Shown in pieces: positions 39,134 to 50,221 of a stretch of DNA of 64,000 bases. This DNA is from Alphaproteobacteria bacterium (GTDB lineage Bacteria; Pseudomonadota; Alphaproteobacteria; UBA828), in the NCBI GenBank assembly GCA_963667785.2, contig CAXXMU010000001.1:1101770-1165769 (forward strand). Reading direction: 5' to 3'. The position numbers and the translations under genes were made by a program. Within the stretch, counting starts at the first letter, position 1. Every line of letters begins with the position of its first letter. The notes below the pieces were generated by a model. The model did not search any database and was not told the origin of the DNA. It was given only the letters and a program-made list of their open reading frames with translations.

Positions 39134-41194
39134 ATGACGGCCCGGCTTGCCGCCGATATCGGGGGCACCTTCACCGACCTGGTGCTCCTTGACCCCGGCG
39201 GCGGTGTGCACGTGGCGAAGACGCTCTCCACGCCGGGCGACTTCAAGGAGGGGGTGCTGGGCGGGGTCGAGCGGATTCTCTCGGATGCCGGCACCGAACT
39301 GGGCCGCAGCATCGCGCTCGCGGACGTCGACTACTTCGTGCACGGCGCGACCGTCGTGCTCAATGCGCTGCTCGAGCGCAAGCTGCCGAGGTCCGCGCTC
39401 GTCACCACCCGGGGGTTTCGGGACGTGCTCGAGATCATGCGCACGAACAACCCCCGCATGTACGACCTCAAGTGGATCAAGCCGAAGCCGATCATCCCCC
39501 GGCATCTGCGCTTCGAGGTCGCCGAGCGCGTCCGTCACACGGGCGAGGTGTTGTGCCCGCTCGACGAGGAGGGCACGCGCAAAGTGGCGCGGCGGATCAA
39601 GGCGCTCGACATCCGCTCCGTCGCGCTCTGCTTCCTCCACGCCTACGCCAACCCGGACCATGAGCGCCGTGCCCGGGAGGTCTTCCTGGAGGAGCACCCG
39701 GAGGCGCACGTCACCATCTCCTCCGACGTCGCCAGCGAGCTCAGGGAGTTCGAGCGCACGTCGACGGTGGCGATCAACGCCAGCACGATCCCCATCATCT
39801 CGGCCTATCTGGACGGACTGTCCCGGGCATTGAGCGATCGGGGCCTGGAGCGGGAGCTCTTCGTGATGCAGTCGAACGGCGGGGTCATCACGAGCCGGGC
39901 GGCGCGGACGCTGCCGGTCCGCACCGTGATGTCGGGTCCCGCAGGGGGCGTCGTCGGCGCCCAGTTCATAGCGAACCGCATGGGTCTTCGCGACGTGGCG
40001 ACCATCGACATCGGCGGCACCAGCAGCGACATGGGCGTGATCTCCGACGGCCTGGCGCGGACGGTCGATCAGAGCGCGGTCGAGGGATGGCCGATCATGG
40101 CGCCGACGATCGAGATTCTCGCCATCGGCGCCGGCGGCGGCAGCATCGCCTGGGTCGATTCCGGCGGCGCGCTTCGCGTCGGCCCGCAGAGCGCAGGCGC
40201 CCGGCCGGGTCCGGCCTGCTACGGCCTCGGCGGGAGCGAGCCGACCGTCTCCGACGCCTGCGTCACGCTCAACCGGCTGAATCCGGACTACTTCCTCGCC
40301 GGCGAGATGACGCTCGACCGCGCGGCCGCCGAGCGGGCCATTCGCGAGCGCATCGCCGAGCCGCTCGGGATGGACGTGGCGGATGCCGCCGAAGGCGTGC
40401 TCCGGGTGGTCACCGCCAACATGAACAAGGCGATCCGCTCGATCCTCATCGCGCGGGGCTTCGATATCCGCGCCTTCACTCTCATGGCCTTCGGCGGTGC
40501 GGGCGGCATGGTGGCTGGCGAGCTGCTGCGCATCGGCGACGTGCAGCGGCTCGTGGTGCCGAGCAACCCCGGCGCGGTCTCGGCCATCGGGATGCTCGCC
40601 ACCGACCTCCGGCACGACTTCGCGCAGTCCAGCGTCCAGTCGCTCGCCGCCGTCGCGTGGTCCGACGTCGAGCGTGCCCTGCGGCATCTGCGGACCCTCG
40701 GCGCCGACAGGCTCCGCAGCGACGGCGTGGACGACGGCGCCATGCGCTTCGACGACGCGCTCGACTTGCGCTATGTCGGGCAGGACTACTACCTGCGCGT
40801 CTACGTCGATATCGACGACCTCGACGGCGAGCGCATCCGCTCGGAGTTCGATAAGCTGCACGAGCACACCTATGGCTTCGCCAACCCCGAGTTCGAGGTC
40901 GAGATGGTCAACGCCCGCGTCTTCGCCATCGGCACGTTCGAGCGGCCTCGGCTCCCCGAGATCGCTGCCCGCGCCGCGGCCGACGGGCCGCTTGAGACGA
41001 AGGCGCGGCGCGACGTCTACTTCGGCGGTGGTTTCGTCGAGACAGCGATCTACGACGTGACCGCGCTCCGTGCCGACGACGAGATCGCCGGGCCCTGCAT
41101 CATCGAGGATCCCCGCTCGACGATCGTCGTCATGCCGGGCCAGCTCGCCACGGTGGATCGGTTTCGCAATCTTGCGATCGACGTGGCGGCGTGA
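39134..41194 (+). CDS. Hydantoinase/oxoprolinase A subunit, pair 3
   Basis: ADIGGTFTD, MQSNGG, SGPAGG, DIGGTSSD, GAGGGS, PGPACYG. Confidence 0.92.
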   Translation: MTARLAADIGGTFTDLVLLDPGGGVHVAKTLSTPGDFKEGVLGGVERILSDAGTELGRSIALADVDYFVHGATVVLNALLERKLPRSALVTTRGFRDVLEIMRTNNPRMYDLKWIKPKPIIPRHLRFEVAERVRHTGEVLCPLDEEGTRKVARRIKALDIRSVALCFLHAYANPDHERRAREVFLEEHPEAHVTISSDVASELREFERTSTVAINASTIPIISAYLDGLSRALSDRGLERELFVMQSNGGVITSRAARTLPVRTVMSGPAGGVVGAQFIANRMGLRDVATIDIGGTSSDMGVISDGLARTVDQSAVEGWPIMAPTIEILAIGAGGGSIAWVDSGGALRVGPQSAGARPGPACYGLGGSEPTVSDACVTLNRLNPDYFLAGEMTLDRAAAERAIRERIAEPLGMDVADAAEGVLRVVTANMNKAIRSILIARGFDIRAFTLMAFGGAGGMVAGELLRIGDVQRLVVPSNPGAVSAIGMLATDLRHDFAQSSVQSLAAVAWSDVERALRHLRTLGADRLRSDGVDDGAMRFDDALDLRYVGQDYYLRVYVDIDDLDGERIRSEFDKLHEHTYGFANPEFEVEMVNARVFAIGTFERPRLPEIAARAAADGPLETKARRDVYFGGGFVETAIYDVTALRADDEIAGPCIIEDPRSTIVVMPGQLATVDRFRNLAIDVAA

Positions 41195-41226
41195 GGCGGT
41201 AGGGCGCATCGGGACAGGGACGCACC

Positions 41227-43011
41227 ATGGCCAAGGCAATGAGTATCGCCGAGACGGCAGGTGAGCCGACGGTCGGTCAGACGGTCGATCCGGTCACGCT
41301 GGAGGTCGTCCGCGCCGGCCTGCACTCGATCATCAGCGAGATGTCGATCACGCTGAACAGGACCTCCTATTCGACGATCCTGCGCGAGATCAACGACTAC
41401 AGCTGCGTGCTCTTCGACAGTCGGGGCCGGCTTCTGGCCCAGGCCGAAGGCATCCCCATCTTCAACGGCAGCATGAACTTCGTGATCGACGCGGTGATCG
41501 AGAAGTTTCCCCTGGCCGAGATGGAACGGGGGGACATCTTCCTCTCCAATGATCCCTACACCGCCGGAGGCACACACAAGAACGACATCAACGTCGTCAT
41601 GCCGATCTTCTGGCGGGGGGCGCTGGTGATGCTGGCGGCGAACAAGGCGCATCACCTCGACATCGGCGGCAAGGACCCCGGCAGCTGGTCGGCGGATGCC
41701 CGCAACACCTATCAGGAAGGCCTCTGCCTCCCCGCGCTCAGGCTCGCGCGCGGCGGCGCGATGAACGAGGAGGTCGTGGAGATCCTGATGGCGAACCTGC
41801 GCACGCCGACGCTCTCGCGCGGCGACTTCGCGGCCCAGATCGCCGCCCTGAAGACGGCCGAGCTCAGGACCCACGAGTGGCTGGAGAAGAACGGCGTCGA
41901 GCTGCTGACGCAGACGGTCGATGCGCTGCTGGACCACGGCGAGCGCGTCGTGCGTTCGGCCATCGAGAAGATTCCCGACGGCGTCTACAGGGCATCGGGG
42001 TTCGCCGATGGAGACGGAGTCTCGGACGAGCCGATCCCGATCGCCGTCACCGTCACGGTGGAAGGCGGCGACATCCACATCGACTACACCGGCAGCGGGG
42101 CGCAGCGCGAGGGCTCGGCGGGCAACGCCCACTGGGTCGTGACTGTCTCGATGACGCGCCAGGCGATGATGTTCTTCACCGACACCGCGCTTGGCGGCAA
42201 CGAGGGCTCGTACCGGCCCATCCACGTGACGGCGCCGCCCGGCTGTGTCTTCAATCCCGAGTACCCCGCGCCGGTGACGACCGGCATGGGGAACATGGGG
42301 ACGCGGCTGATCGAGCTGATCTTCCAGGCGCTGGCCGATGTCGTGCCGGAAGAGGTGATCGGCGGTACCTTCGGCTGCTTCAGCTGCATGACCCTCGGCG
42401 GCAAGGACCCGACGACCGACGGCGAGTTCGTGCATTTCGAATGCTATTCCGGCGGCTGGGGCGGGCGCCACCACGCGGACGGCAACAGCGCCACCGTCTC
42501 GCTCGGCAGCGGAGATGCCTACAACATCCCGGTGGAAGTGATGGAGACCACGACGCCGATCCTGCTCTGCGAGAAGTTCGCGCTGCAGGAAGGTTCCGCC
42601 GGCGCCGGCAGGCATCGCGGCGGCTTCGGCACCGAGATCGACTACCGCATGATGGGCGAGGCCGAGCTCGCCATCGCGCTGGATCGGGAGACCTTCAAGC
42701 CCTACGGGCTGTTCGGCGGGCAGGAGGGGCAGGGCAGCGAGCTCCTGGTCGAGCCTGACACGCCGTCGGAGGCGCGCTACGTGCGGGCGAGCGGCGTGAA
42801 GGTGGCCGAAGGCGCGCTCGTCCGTCACCGGACGGCGGGGGGCGGCGGCTACGGCGCGCCGAGCGAGCGCGATCCGGCCCTGGTCGCCGACGACTGCCTG
42901 AACGAGCTGATCACGCCGGAGGAGGCGCGCGCTCTCTATCGGGTCGTGATCGACCCCGAGACCAGCGCGCCCGACCTCGATGCCACCGCCGCGCTCCGCA
43001 AGGCCGGGTGA
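41227..43011 (+). CDS. Hydantoinase B/oxoprolinase subunit, pair 3
   Basis: DPVTLEV, NDYSC, NDPYTAGGTHKND, AHHLDIGG, GSAGAGRHRGG, AGGGGYG. Confidence 0.92.
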   Translation: MAKAMSIAETAGEPTVGQTVDPVTLEVVRAGLHSIISEMSITLNRTSYSTILREINDYSCVLFDSRGRLLAQAEGIPIFNGSMNFVIDAVIEKFPLAEMERGDIFLSNDPYTAGGTHKNDINVVMPIFWRGALVMLAANKAHHLDIGGKDPGSWSADARNTYQEGLCLPALRLARGGAMNEEVVEILMANLRTPTLSRGDFAAQIAALKTAELRTHEWLEKNGVELLTQTVDALLDHGERVVRSAIEKIPDGVYRASGFADGDGVSDEPIPIAVTVTVEGGDIHIDYTGSGAQREGSAGNAHWVVTVSMTRQAMMFFTDTALGGNEGSYRPIHVTAPPGCVFNPEYPAPVTTGMGNMGTRLIELIFQALADVVPEEVIGGTFGCFSCMTLGGKDPTTDGEFVHFECYSGGWGGRHHADGNSATVSLGSGDAYNIPVEVMETTTPILLCEKFALQEGSAGAGRHRGGFGTEIDYRMMGEAELAIALDRETFKPYGLFGGQEGQGSELLVEPDTPSEARYVRASGVKVAEGALVRHRTAGGGGYGAPSERDPALVADDCLNELITPEEARALYRVVIDPETSAPDLDATAALRKAG

Positions 43012-43112
43012 GGCTGCGAGATCGTGCCGCCGCCGGGTTCCGATGAGGCGAGCGGACGCAGCGAGCTGACGTGAGACCAGACGACCAACGAACCGAAAGG
43101 GAGGATCGGATC

Positions 43113-44210
43113 ATGTGGAAATGGTTTGCCGGTGCCGTCGCGGCGGTCGCGATGAGCGCGCTCGCCGTCTCCGGGGCTCAGGCGGCGTTCAAGCTGGACG
43201 GAGAGCCCAAGATCGCCATGCTGCAGCTCGCTACCGTCAACGACGGCGGCTGGTCGGAGGCGCTCGAATACGCGCGGGCCAAGACCGAAGACGCGCTCGG
43301 CGTCGAGATCGCCTACACCGAGAATGTGCCCGAGGACAATTCCGAGATCCTGCGGACCATCGATCTCTACGTGAGCCGGGGCTACAACGTCATCATCGGC
43401 ACCTCGTGGGGCTATGGCGACGCCTTCCTCGAAGCCGCTACCAAGTACCCCGAAGTGGCCTTCGTGAACTGCGCTGGCGAGACCAACAACTCGGTCAATC
43501 TGGAGAGCTTCTACGCCCGCAGCTACCAGGGCTGGTACCTCGCCGGAATCGTCGCCGGACATCTGACGCAGTCCAAGAAGATCGGCTCCATCGGCGGCTA
43601 TCCGCTGAGTGTCGTGAACTGGGATCTCAACGGTTTCCTGCGCGGGGCGCAGTCGGTCGATCCCGCGATCGAGATGGTCGGCGTCTTCGTCAACACCTGG
43701 TACGACCCGGTCAAGGAGACCCAGGCGGCAGAAGCGCTGCTGGAGCAGGGCGTCGACGTGCTGGGCTCCAACATGAGCACGCCGGGGCCGCATCTCTCCT
43801 TCCAGGATCAGGGCAAGTGGTCGGTCGGATTCCAGATCGACGTGTCCGATCAGGCGCCCGACGCGGTGGCGACCTCGATGATCTACAAGTGGGAGGCCTA
43901 TCTGATCCCGACGATTTCTGCGATCATCGACGGCACCTGGGAGCCAGGCGAGTGGGGCTGGTGGGAAGGTATCGATACCGGTCTCTTCGACGTCGATCCT
44001 ATCGCGTCGTGGGTGCCCGCAGCGGCGGTGGCGGATGTCGATGCGGCGCGCGCGGCGATGATCGCGGGCACGCTCGATCCCTTCCAGGGGCCGCTCCACC
44101 GTCAGGACGGCACGCTCGCCGTGGCCGAGGGCGAGGTCCTCTCCGACGACGGCCTGTGGGGGATGACCTACTTCATCCAGGGCGCCATAGGCACCATGCC
44201 CGCCGAGTAA
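43113..44210 (+). CDS. BMP-family ABC transporter substrate-binding protein (nucleoside/purine type)
   Basis: RBS GGGAGG, signal peptide, VNDGGWS, IIGTSWGY, NTWYDP. Confidence 0.88.
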   Translation: MWKWFAGAVAAVAMSALAVSGAQAAFKLDGEPKIAMLQLATVNDGGWSEALEYARAKTEDALGVEIAYTENVPEDNSEILRTIDLYVSRGYNVIIGTSWGYGDAFLEAATKYPEVAFVNCAGETNNSVNLESFYARSYQGWYLAGIVAGHLTQSKKIGSIGGYPLSVVNWDLNGFLRGAQSVDPAIEMVGVFVNTWYDPVKETQAAEALLEQGVDVLGSNMSTPGPHLSFQDQGKWSVGFQIDVSDQAPDAVATSMIYKWEAYLIPTISAIIDGTWEPGEWGWWEGIDTGLFDVDPIASWVPAAAVADVDAARAAMIAGTLDPFQGPLHRQDGTLAVAEGEVLSDDGLWGMTYFIQGAIGTMPAE

Positions 44211-44258
44211 CAAGCCGGGCGGGCGCGTCCCGTCCGCGGGTCTCGTCCGCGTGACGGG

Positions 44259-45758
<1,500 letters not shown>

Positions 45759-45774
45759 TGCCGGGCAGCGTCTG

Positions 45775-46845
45775 ATGCTGGGCCCGGTCTATCTCGTCCC
45801 GCGCCAGCAGGCGCCGCTCTGGCTGCGGGCGGCGACCTTCGTCGGCGGTATCGCGCTGGGCCTCCTGATCGCCTTCGGCATCCTCATCGCCTACGGCGTC
45901 ACCGCAGGGCAGATCGTCAACGAGTTCATCGTCTTCGTGTTCCTCGACCTGAACGGCCTTGCCCAGGTGGTGACCGCCTCGACGCCGCTGGTGCTCGTCG
46001 GGCTGGCCGCCGCGGTCGCGCTCAAGCTCAAGTTCTGGAATATCGGCGTGGAGGGGCAGATGTGGCTCGGCTGCATCGCCGCTACCGGCGTCGCCATCTT
46101 CGACATCGGGCCGGACTTCCTGCGTCTGCCGCTCATGTTCATCGCCGCCGCCGCGGCCGGCGCCTGCTGGATCGGCATCCCTGCCTTTCTCAAGCTCCGC
46201 TTCCGGGTCAACGAGATCATCACCTCGCTGCTGCTGACCTACGTCGCCTATCAGCTCGTCCAGCATCTCCTCTTCGGCCCGTGGCACGACCCGGGCAGCG
46301 CCTTCCCCAACTCCAGGCACTACGACGAGGCCGGCGAGCGGCTCGCGCGGCTCGGCTGGGGCTCCTCCCACACCGGGATCTGGATCGCGCTGGGGACCGG
46401 CGTTCTGCTCTGGTTCGCGATGACGCGCGCCAGGCTCGGCTTCTACATGGATGCAATCGGTGCCAACGTCGACGCGGCGCGGGCGGCAGGCGTGCCCGTC
46501 GTGCTCACGACCGCGCTCGCGGCGCTCATGTCCGGCGGGCTCGCCGGCGTCGCCGGCGCGTCGCTGGCTGCCGGCCAGGAATACCGCATGACGCTGTTCA
46601 TCGCCGGCGGCTACACCTTCAGCGGCATCGTCATCGCCTTCATCGGGCGCTTCCGGCCCATCCCCGTCATCGTCACCGCCTTCGTGGTGGGCGGCGTCTA
46701 CACGGCGGGCGACACGCTCAAGGTCTTCTATCAACTGCCCGCCGCGATGACGACGTTGATCGAGGCGGTCATCCTCTTCACCTTCGTCGTGGTCGAGTTC
46801 TTCAGCCGCTACCACGTCACCTTCGGCACGCGGGAGCGCGCCTGA
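45775..46845 (+). CDS. ABC transporter permease (nucleoside type)
   Basis: Multi-TM; WNIGVEGQ, VNEIITSLLL. Confidence 0.9.
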   Translation: MLGPVYLVPRQQAPLWLRAATFVGGIALGLLIAFGILIAYGVTAGQIVNEFIVFVFLDLNGLAQVVTASTPLVLVGLAAAVALKLKFWNIGVEGQMWLGCIAATGVAIFDIGPDFLRLPLMFIAAAAAGACWIGIPAFLKLRFRVNEIITSLLLTYVAYQLVQHLLFGPWHDPGSAFPNSRHYDEAGERLARLGWGSSHTGIWIALGTGVLLWFAMTRARLGFYMDAIGANVDAARAAGVPVVLTTALAALMSGGLAGVAGASLAAGQEYRMTLFIAGGYTFSGIVIAFIGRFRPIPVIVTAFVVGGVYTAGDTLKVFYQLPAAMTTLIEAVILFTFVVVEFFSRYHVTFGTRERA

Positions 46846-47774
46846 TGGCCGCCGACTTCGTCCAGAACTGGCTCGCCACCACGCCGGGCTTCGCCACGCC
46901 CTTCCTGCTCGGCGCGCTCGGCCTGATGATCAACGAGCGCGCCGGCGTGCTCAATCTGGGCTGCGAGGGCATGATGCTGGTGGGGGCGATGACCGGCGCG
47001 GTCGTGAGCTTCCACACCGGGCTCGCCGGGGCCGCCATCCCCGTCGCCATGCTGGCGGGCGCCCTGGTGGCCCTCGTCTTCGGCATCGCGGTCGTCGTCT
47101 TCCGCACCGATCAGGTGCTGACCGGGCTGATCGTCGTCGCCCTGGGCGACGGGCTCACCGGGGTCATCGGCCGGCCCTACATGTTCGAGAAGGTGGCGGG
47201 CTTCCGCGACCTCGACCTCGGCCCGCTCAGCGACATCCCGTGGCTCGGCCCGATCCTCTTCCAGCAGGACATCCTGGTCTACGCCGCCGCGGCGCTCGCC
47301 GTGCTCGTGTGGTGGGGGCTCGACAGGTCGGACGCGGGCCTCAGGCTGCGGGCCGTCGGCGAAGACCCCGCGACGGCCGACATCGCCGGGGTGAACGTGC
47401 AGCTCTTCAGGCTGTCTGCGGTGGTCCTCGGCGGTGCGCTCTGCGGCATGGCCGGCGCCTACCTGTCGCTCGCCTCGAGCTTCGTCTGGACCGAGCACAT
47501 GGTCGGCGGCCGCGGCTGGATTGTCATCGCGCTGGTGATCTTCTCGGGCTGGCGGCCGGGGCGCGCGGTCATCGGCGCGCTCATCTTCGGCGGCGCCGAG
47601 GCGCTGATTCCGCGCATCCAGGCGATGGGCTTCGACGTGCCCATCTATCTCGTGGGCATGCTTCCCTACGTGCTGACGCTCGCGGTGCTGATCGTCCCCA
47701 CCATCCTGCGCGGTGAGCGCTCGCCCGCGCCGAGCGGGCTTCTGCTCAACTACCTCCGCCAGGACAGGCGCTAG
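46845..47774 (+). CDS. ABC transporter permease (nucleoside type)
   Basis: ATG 46845; ERAGVLNLGCEG, GLRLRAVGEDP, GRGWIVIA, LPYVLT. Confidence 0.9.
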   Translation: MAADFVQNWLATTPGFATPFLLGALGLMINERAGVLNLGCEGMMLVGAMTGAVVSFHTGLAGAAIPVAMLAGALVALVFGIAVVVFRTDQVLTGLIVVALGDGLTGVIGRPYMFEKVAGFRDLDLGPLSDIPWLGPILFQQDILVYAAAALAVLVWWGLDRSDAGLRLRAVGEDPATADIAGVNVQLFRLSAVVLGGALCGMAGAYLSLASSFVWTEHMVGGRGWIVIALVIFSGWRPGRAVIGALIFGGAEALIPRIQAMGFDVPIYLVGMLPYVLTLAVLIVPTILRGERSPAPSGLLLNYLRQDRR

Positions 47775-47832
47775 AGAAGACCTGCGGCCGGGCCGGCCGG
47801 ATGCGACGCCAATCAAGCAGAGGAGACGGAGA

Positions 47833-48444
47833 ATGTCCGGCATGACGACGATTCGCGAGACCCACGACGTGGCGGCACGCACCGGCAAGAGCTTCGAGGT
47901 GCAGACCGGCGATCTCATCCGCATCACCGATCTGGAGGGCTCGCAGCCCGTGGACTTCTGGGCCTTCAGCAAGGCCGATCATCTCGAGTTCCTCTCCTGC
48001 GAGCACACCAAGCCCTCGATCGAGAAGCTGTTCCCGCATGTGGGCGATTCCGCCTACACCAATCGGCGGCAGAGGATCGTCACGGTCATGGGCGACACCT
48101 CGCCCGGCCAGCACGACATGCAGTACGCCGCCTGCGATCCCACGCGCTATGCCGAGCTGGGCGTCGAGGGCTATCACGAGAGCTGTCAGGAGAACCTGCA
48201 CCTGGCGCTGGGGGGCGTCGGCATCGCGCTCGACTTCACGCCGCAGCCCTGGAACCTGTTCACCAACTTCTTCATCAATCCCGACGGCACCTTCACCATC
48301 AAGGCGCCGGAATCGGAGCCGGGGGATCACATCGTGCTGAGGGCCGAGATGGACGCCACCATCGTCGTCTCCGCCTGTCCCCAGGACCAGAACCCGACCT
48401 GCGGCGGCACGCCCACAGACATCCGGGTCGAGGTGGGGCGCTGA
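47833..48444 (+). CDS. DUF1989 / urea-carboxylase-associated family protein
   Basis: RBS AGGAG; ITDLEGSQPVDFWAF, AACD, SCQENL, PWNLF, SACPQD Cys pattern. Confidence 0.85.
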   Translation: MSGMTTIRETHDVAARTGKSFEVQTGDLIRITDLEGSQPVDFWAFSKADHLEFLSCEHTKPSIEKLFPHVGDSAYTNRRQRIVTVMGDTSPGQHDMQYAACDPTRYAELGVEGYHESCQENLHLALGGVGIALDFTPQPWNLFTNFFINPDGTFTIKAPESEPGDHIVLRAEMDATIVVSACPQDQNPTCGGTPTDIRVEVGR

Positions 48445-48491
48445 GCGTGGCGTGGCGCCACGCTGGCCCCGGCGGTGGCGAGCAATCCGGG

Positions 48492-49049
<558 letters not shown>

Positions 49050-49216
49050 CGCTGCCTCGATCCTGATCACGTGTCCGAACACTCGGGAGCGCCGCTCTGT
49101 AGCAGAGCTTGCCGCCGGGGGCCAGCAGCGCGTACGCGTAGCGGTTGCATTGCCCGCGAATCCGGCTATTCCTGTCCTGCCGCCGGTGCCCATGGCGGGA
49201 CCGGTCACGGGATCCA

Positions 49217-50182
49217 ATGGCACGGCTCGACGTCCTCCTCATCGCACGCGGCATAGGCGCGCTGCTGCTCGCCATACTGGCGGGGGCCCTGCTCGCCGCA
49301 GCGGCGCCTGCGGTGGAGCCCGACCCGGCCAGTCCCGATGCGGCGGCGCGCGGCGCCTACATCCTGCGCGCGGCGGGCTGTGCCTCCTGCCACACCGACC
49401 ACGCGGGCGGCGGCGCGTTCCTCGCCGGCGGGCGGATGCTGTCCTCGCCCTGGGGAGCCATCGCGGCCCCCAACATCACGCCTGATCGGGAGACCGGCAT
49501 CGGCGGCTGGTCGGACGAGGACTTCGTCCGCGCGCTGCGCGACGGCAAGTCGCCTTCGGGCCGCACCTACTATCCGGCCTTTCCCTACACCGCCTATGCC
49601 GCCATGCGCCGCGAGGACATGCTCGATCTCAAGGCCTATCTCGACACGGTGACACCGGTCGCCGCCGCCAACAGACCGCACGAGCTGCGCTTTCCCTTCA
49701 GCGTGCGGCTCTTTCTCCATCCCTGGCGCTGGCTCTTCTTCGAGCGCGAATCGGCGGAGTCCGATCCCGCTCCGGACGTGCGCCTGGCGCGCGGGCGCTA
49801 CCTCGTCGAGACGCTGGGCCACTGCGCCGAGTGCCACACGCCGCGCAACATGCTGGGTGCGCCGAAGCGCGGCAGCCACATGGCGGGCACGCGCTACGGG
49901 CCGGGCGGCGCGTCGGTGCCGAACATCACGCCCGATGCCGAGACCGGTATCGGACCCTGGTCCGAGGCCGATCTGGTATTCTTCTTCCGCACCGGCTTCA
50001 CCCCCGGCGGCGACGACGTGCAGGGCGAGATGCGCGAGGCCATCGACGATGGGCTGCGCCATCTCACCCAGGAGGATCTGGAGGCGATGGCCGCCTATCT
50101 CAAGGCGCTGCCCGCGATCCGCAATCGGGTGAGCACGGCGGTGCCGGCGCCTGCCGCCGTTTCGTTCGGCGATGACTGGTGA
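49217..50182 (+). CDS. Periplasmic diheme cytochrome c
   Basis: Signal peptide; CASCH and CAECH; repeated PNITPD.ETGIG.WS. Confidence 0.88.
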   Translation: MARLDVLLIARGIGALLLAILAGALLAAAAPAVEPDPASPDAAARGAYILRAAGCASCHTDHAGGGAFLAGGRMLSSPWGAIAAPNITPDRETGIGGWSDEDFVRALRDGKSPSGRTYYPAFPYTAYAAMRREDMLDLKAYLDTVTPVAAANRPHELRFPFSVRLFLHPWRWLFFERESAESDPAPDVRLARGRYLVETLGHCAECHTPRNMLGAPKRGSHMAGTRYGPGGASVPNITPDAETGIGPWSEADLVFFFRTGFTPGGDDVQGEMREAIDDGLRHLTQEDLEAMAAYLKALPAIRNRVSTAVPAPAAVSFGDDW

Positions 50183-50221
50183 GGCGCCGCAAGGGGCGCG
50201 CTGTCGCCCGCCGGGCGACTC

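Noticed and set aside
43012-43112. Possible guanidine riboswitch before the BMP transporter (ACGA-like words)
   Set aside because: No paired stems flank the ACGA/ACGR words and no ykkC-type consensus is recognisable
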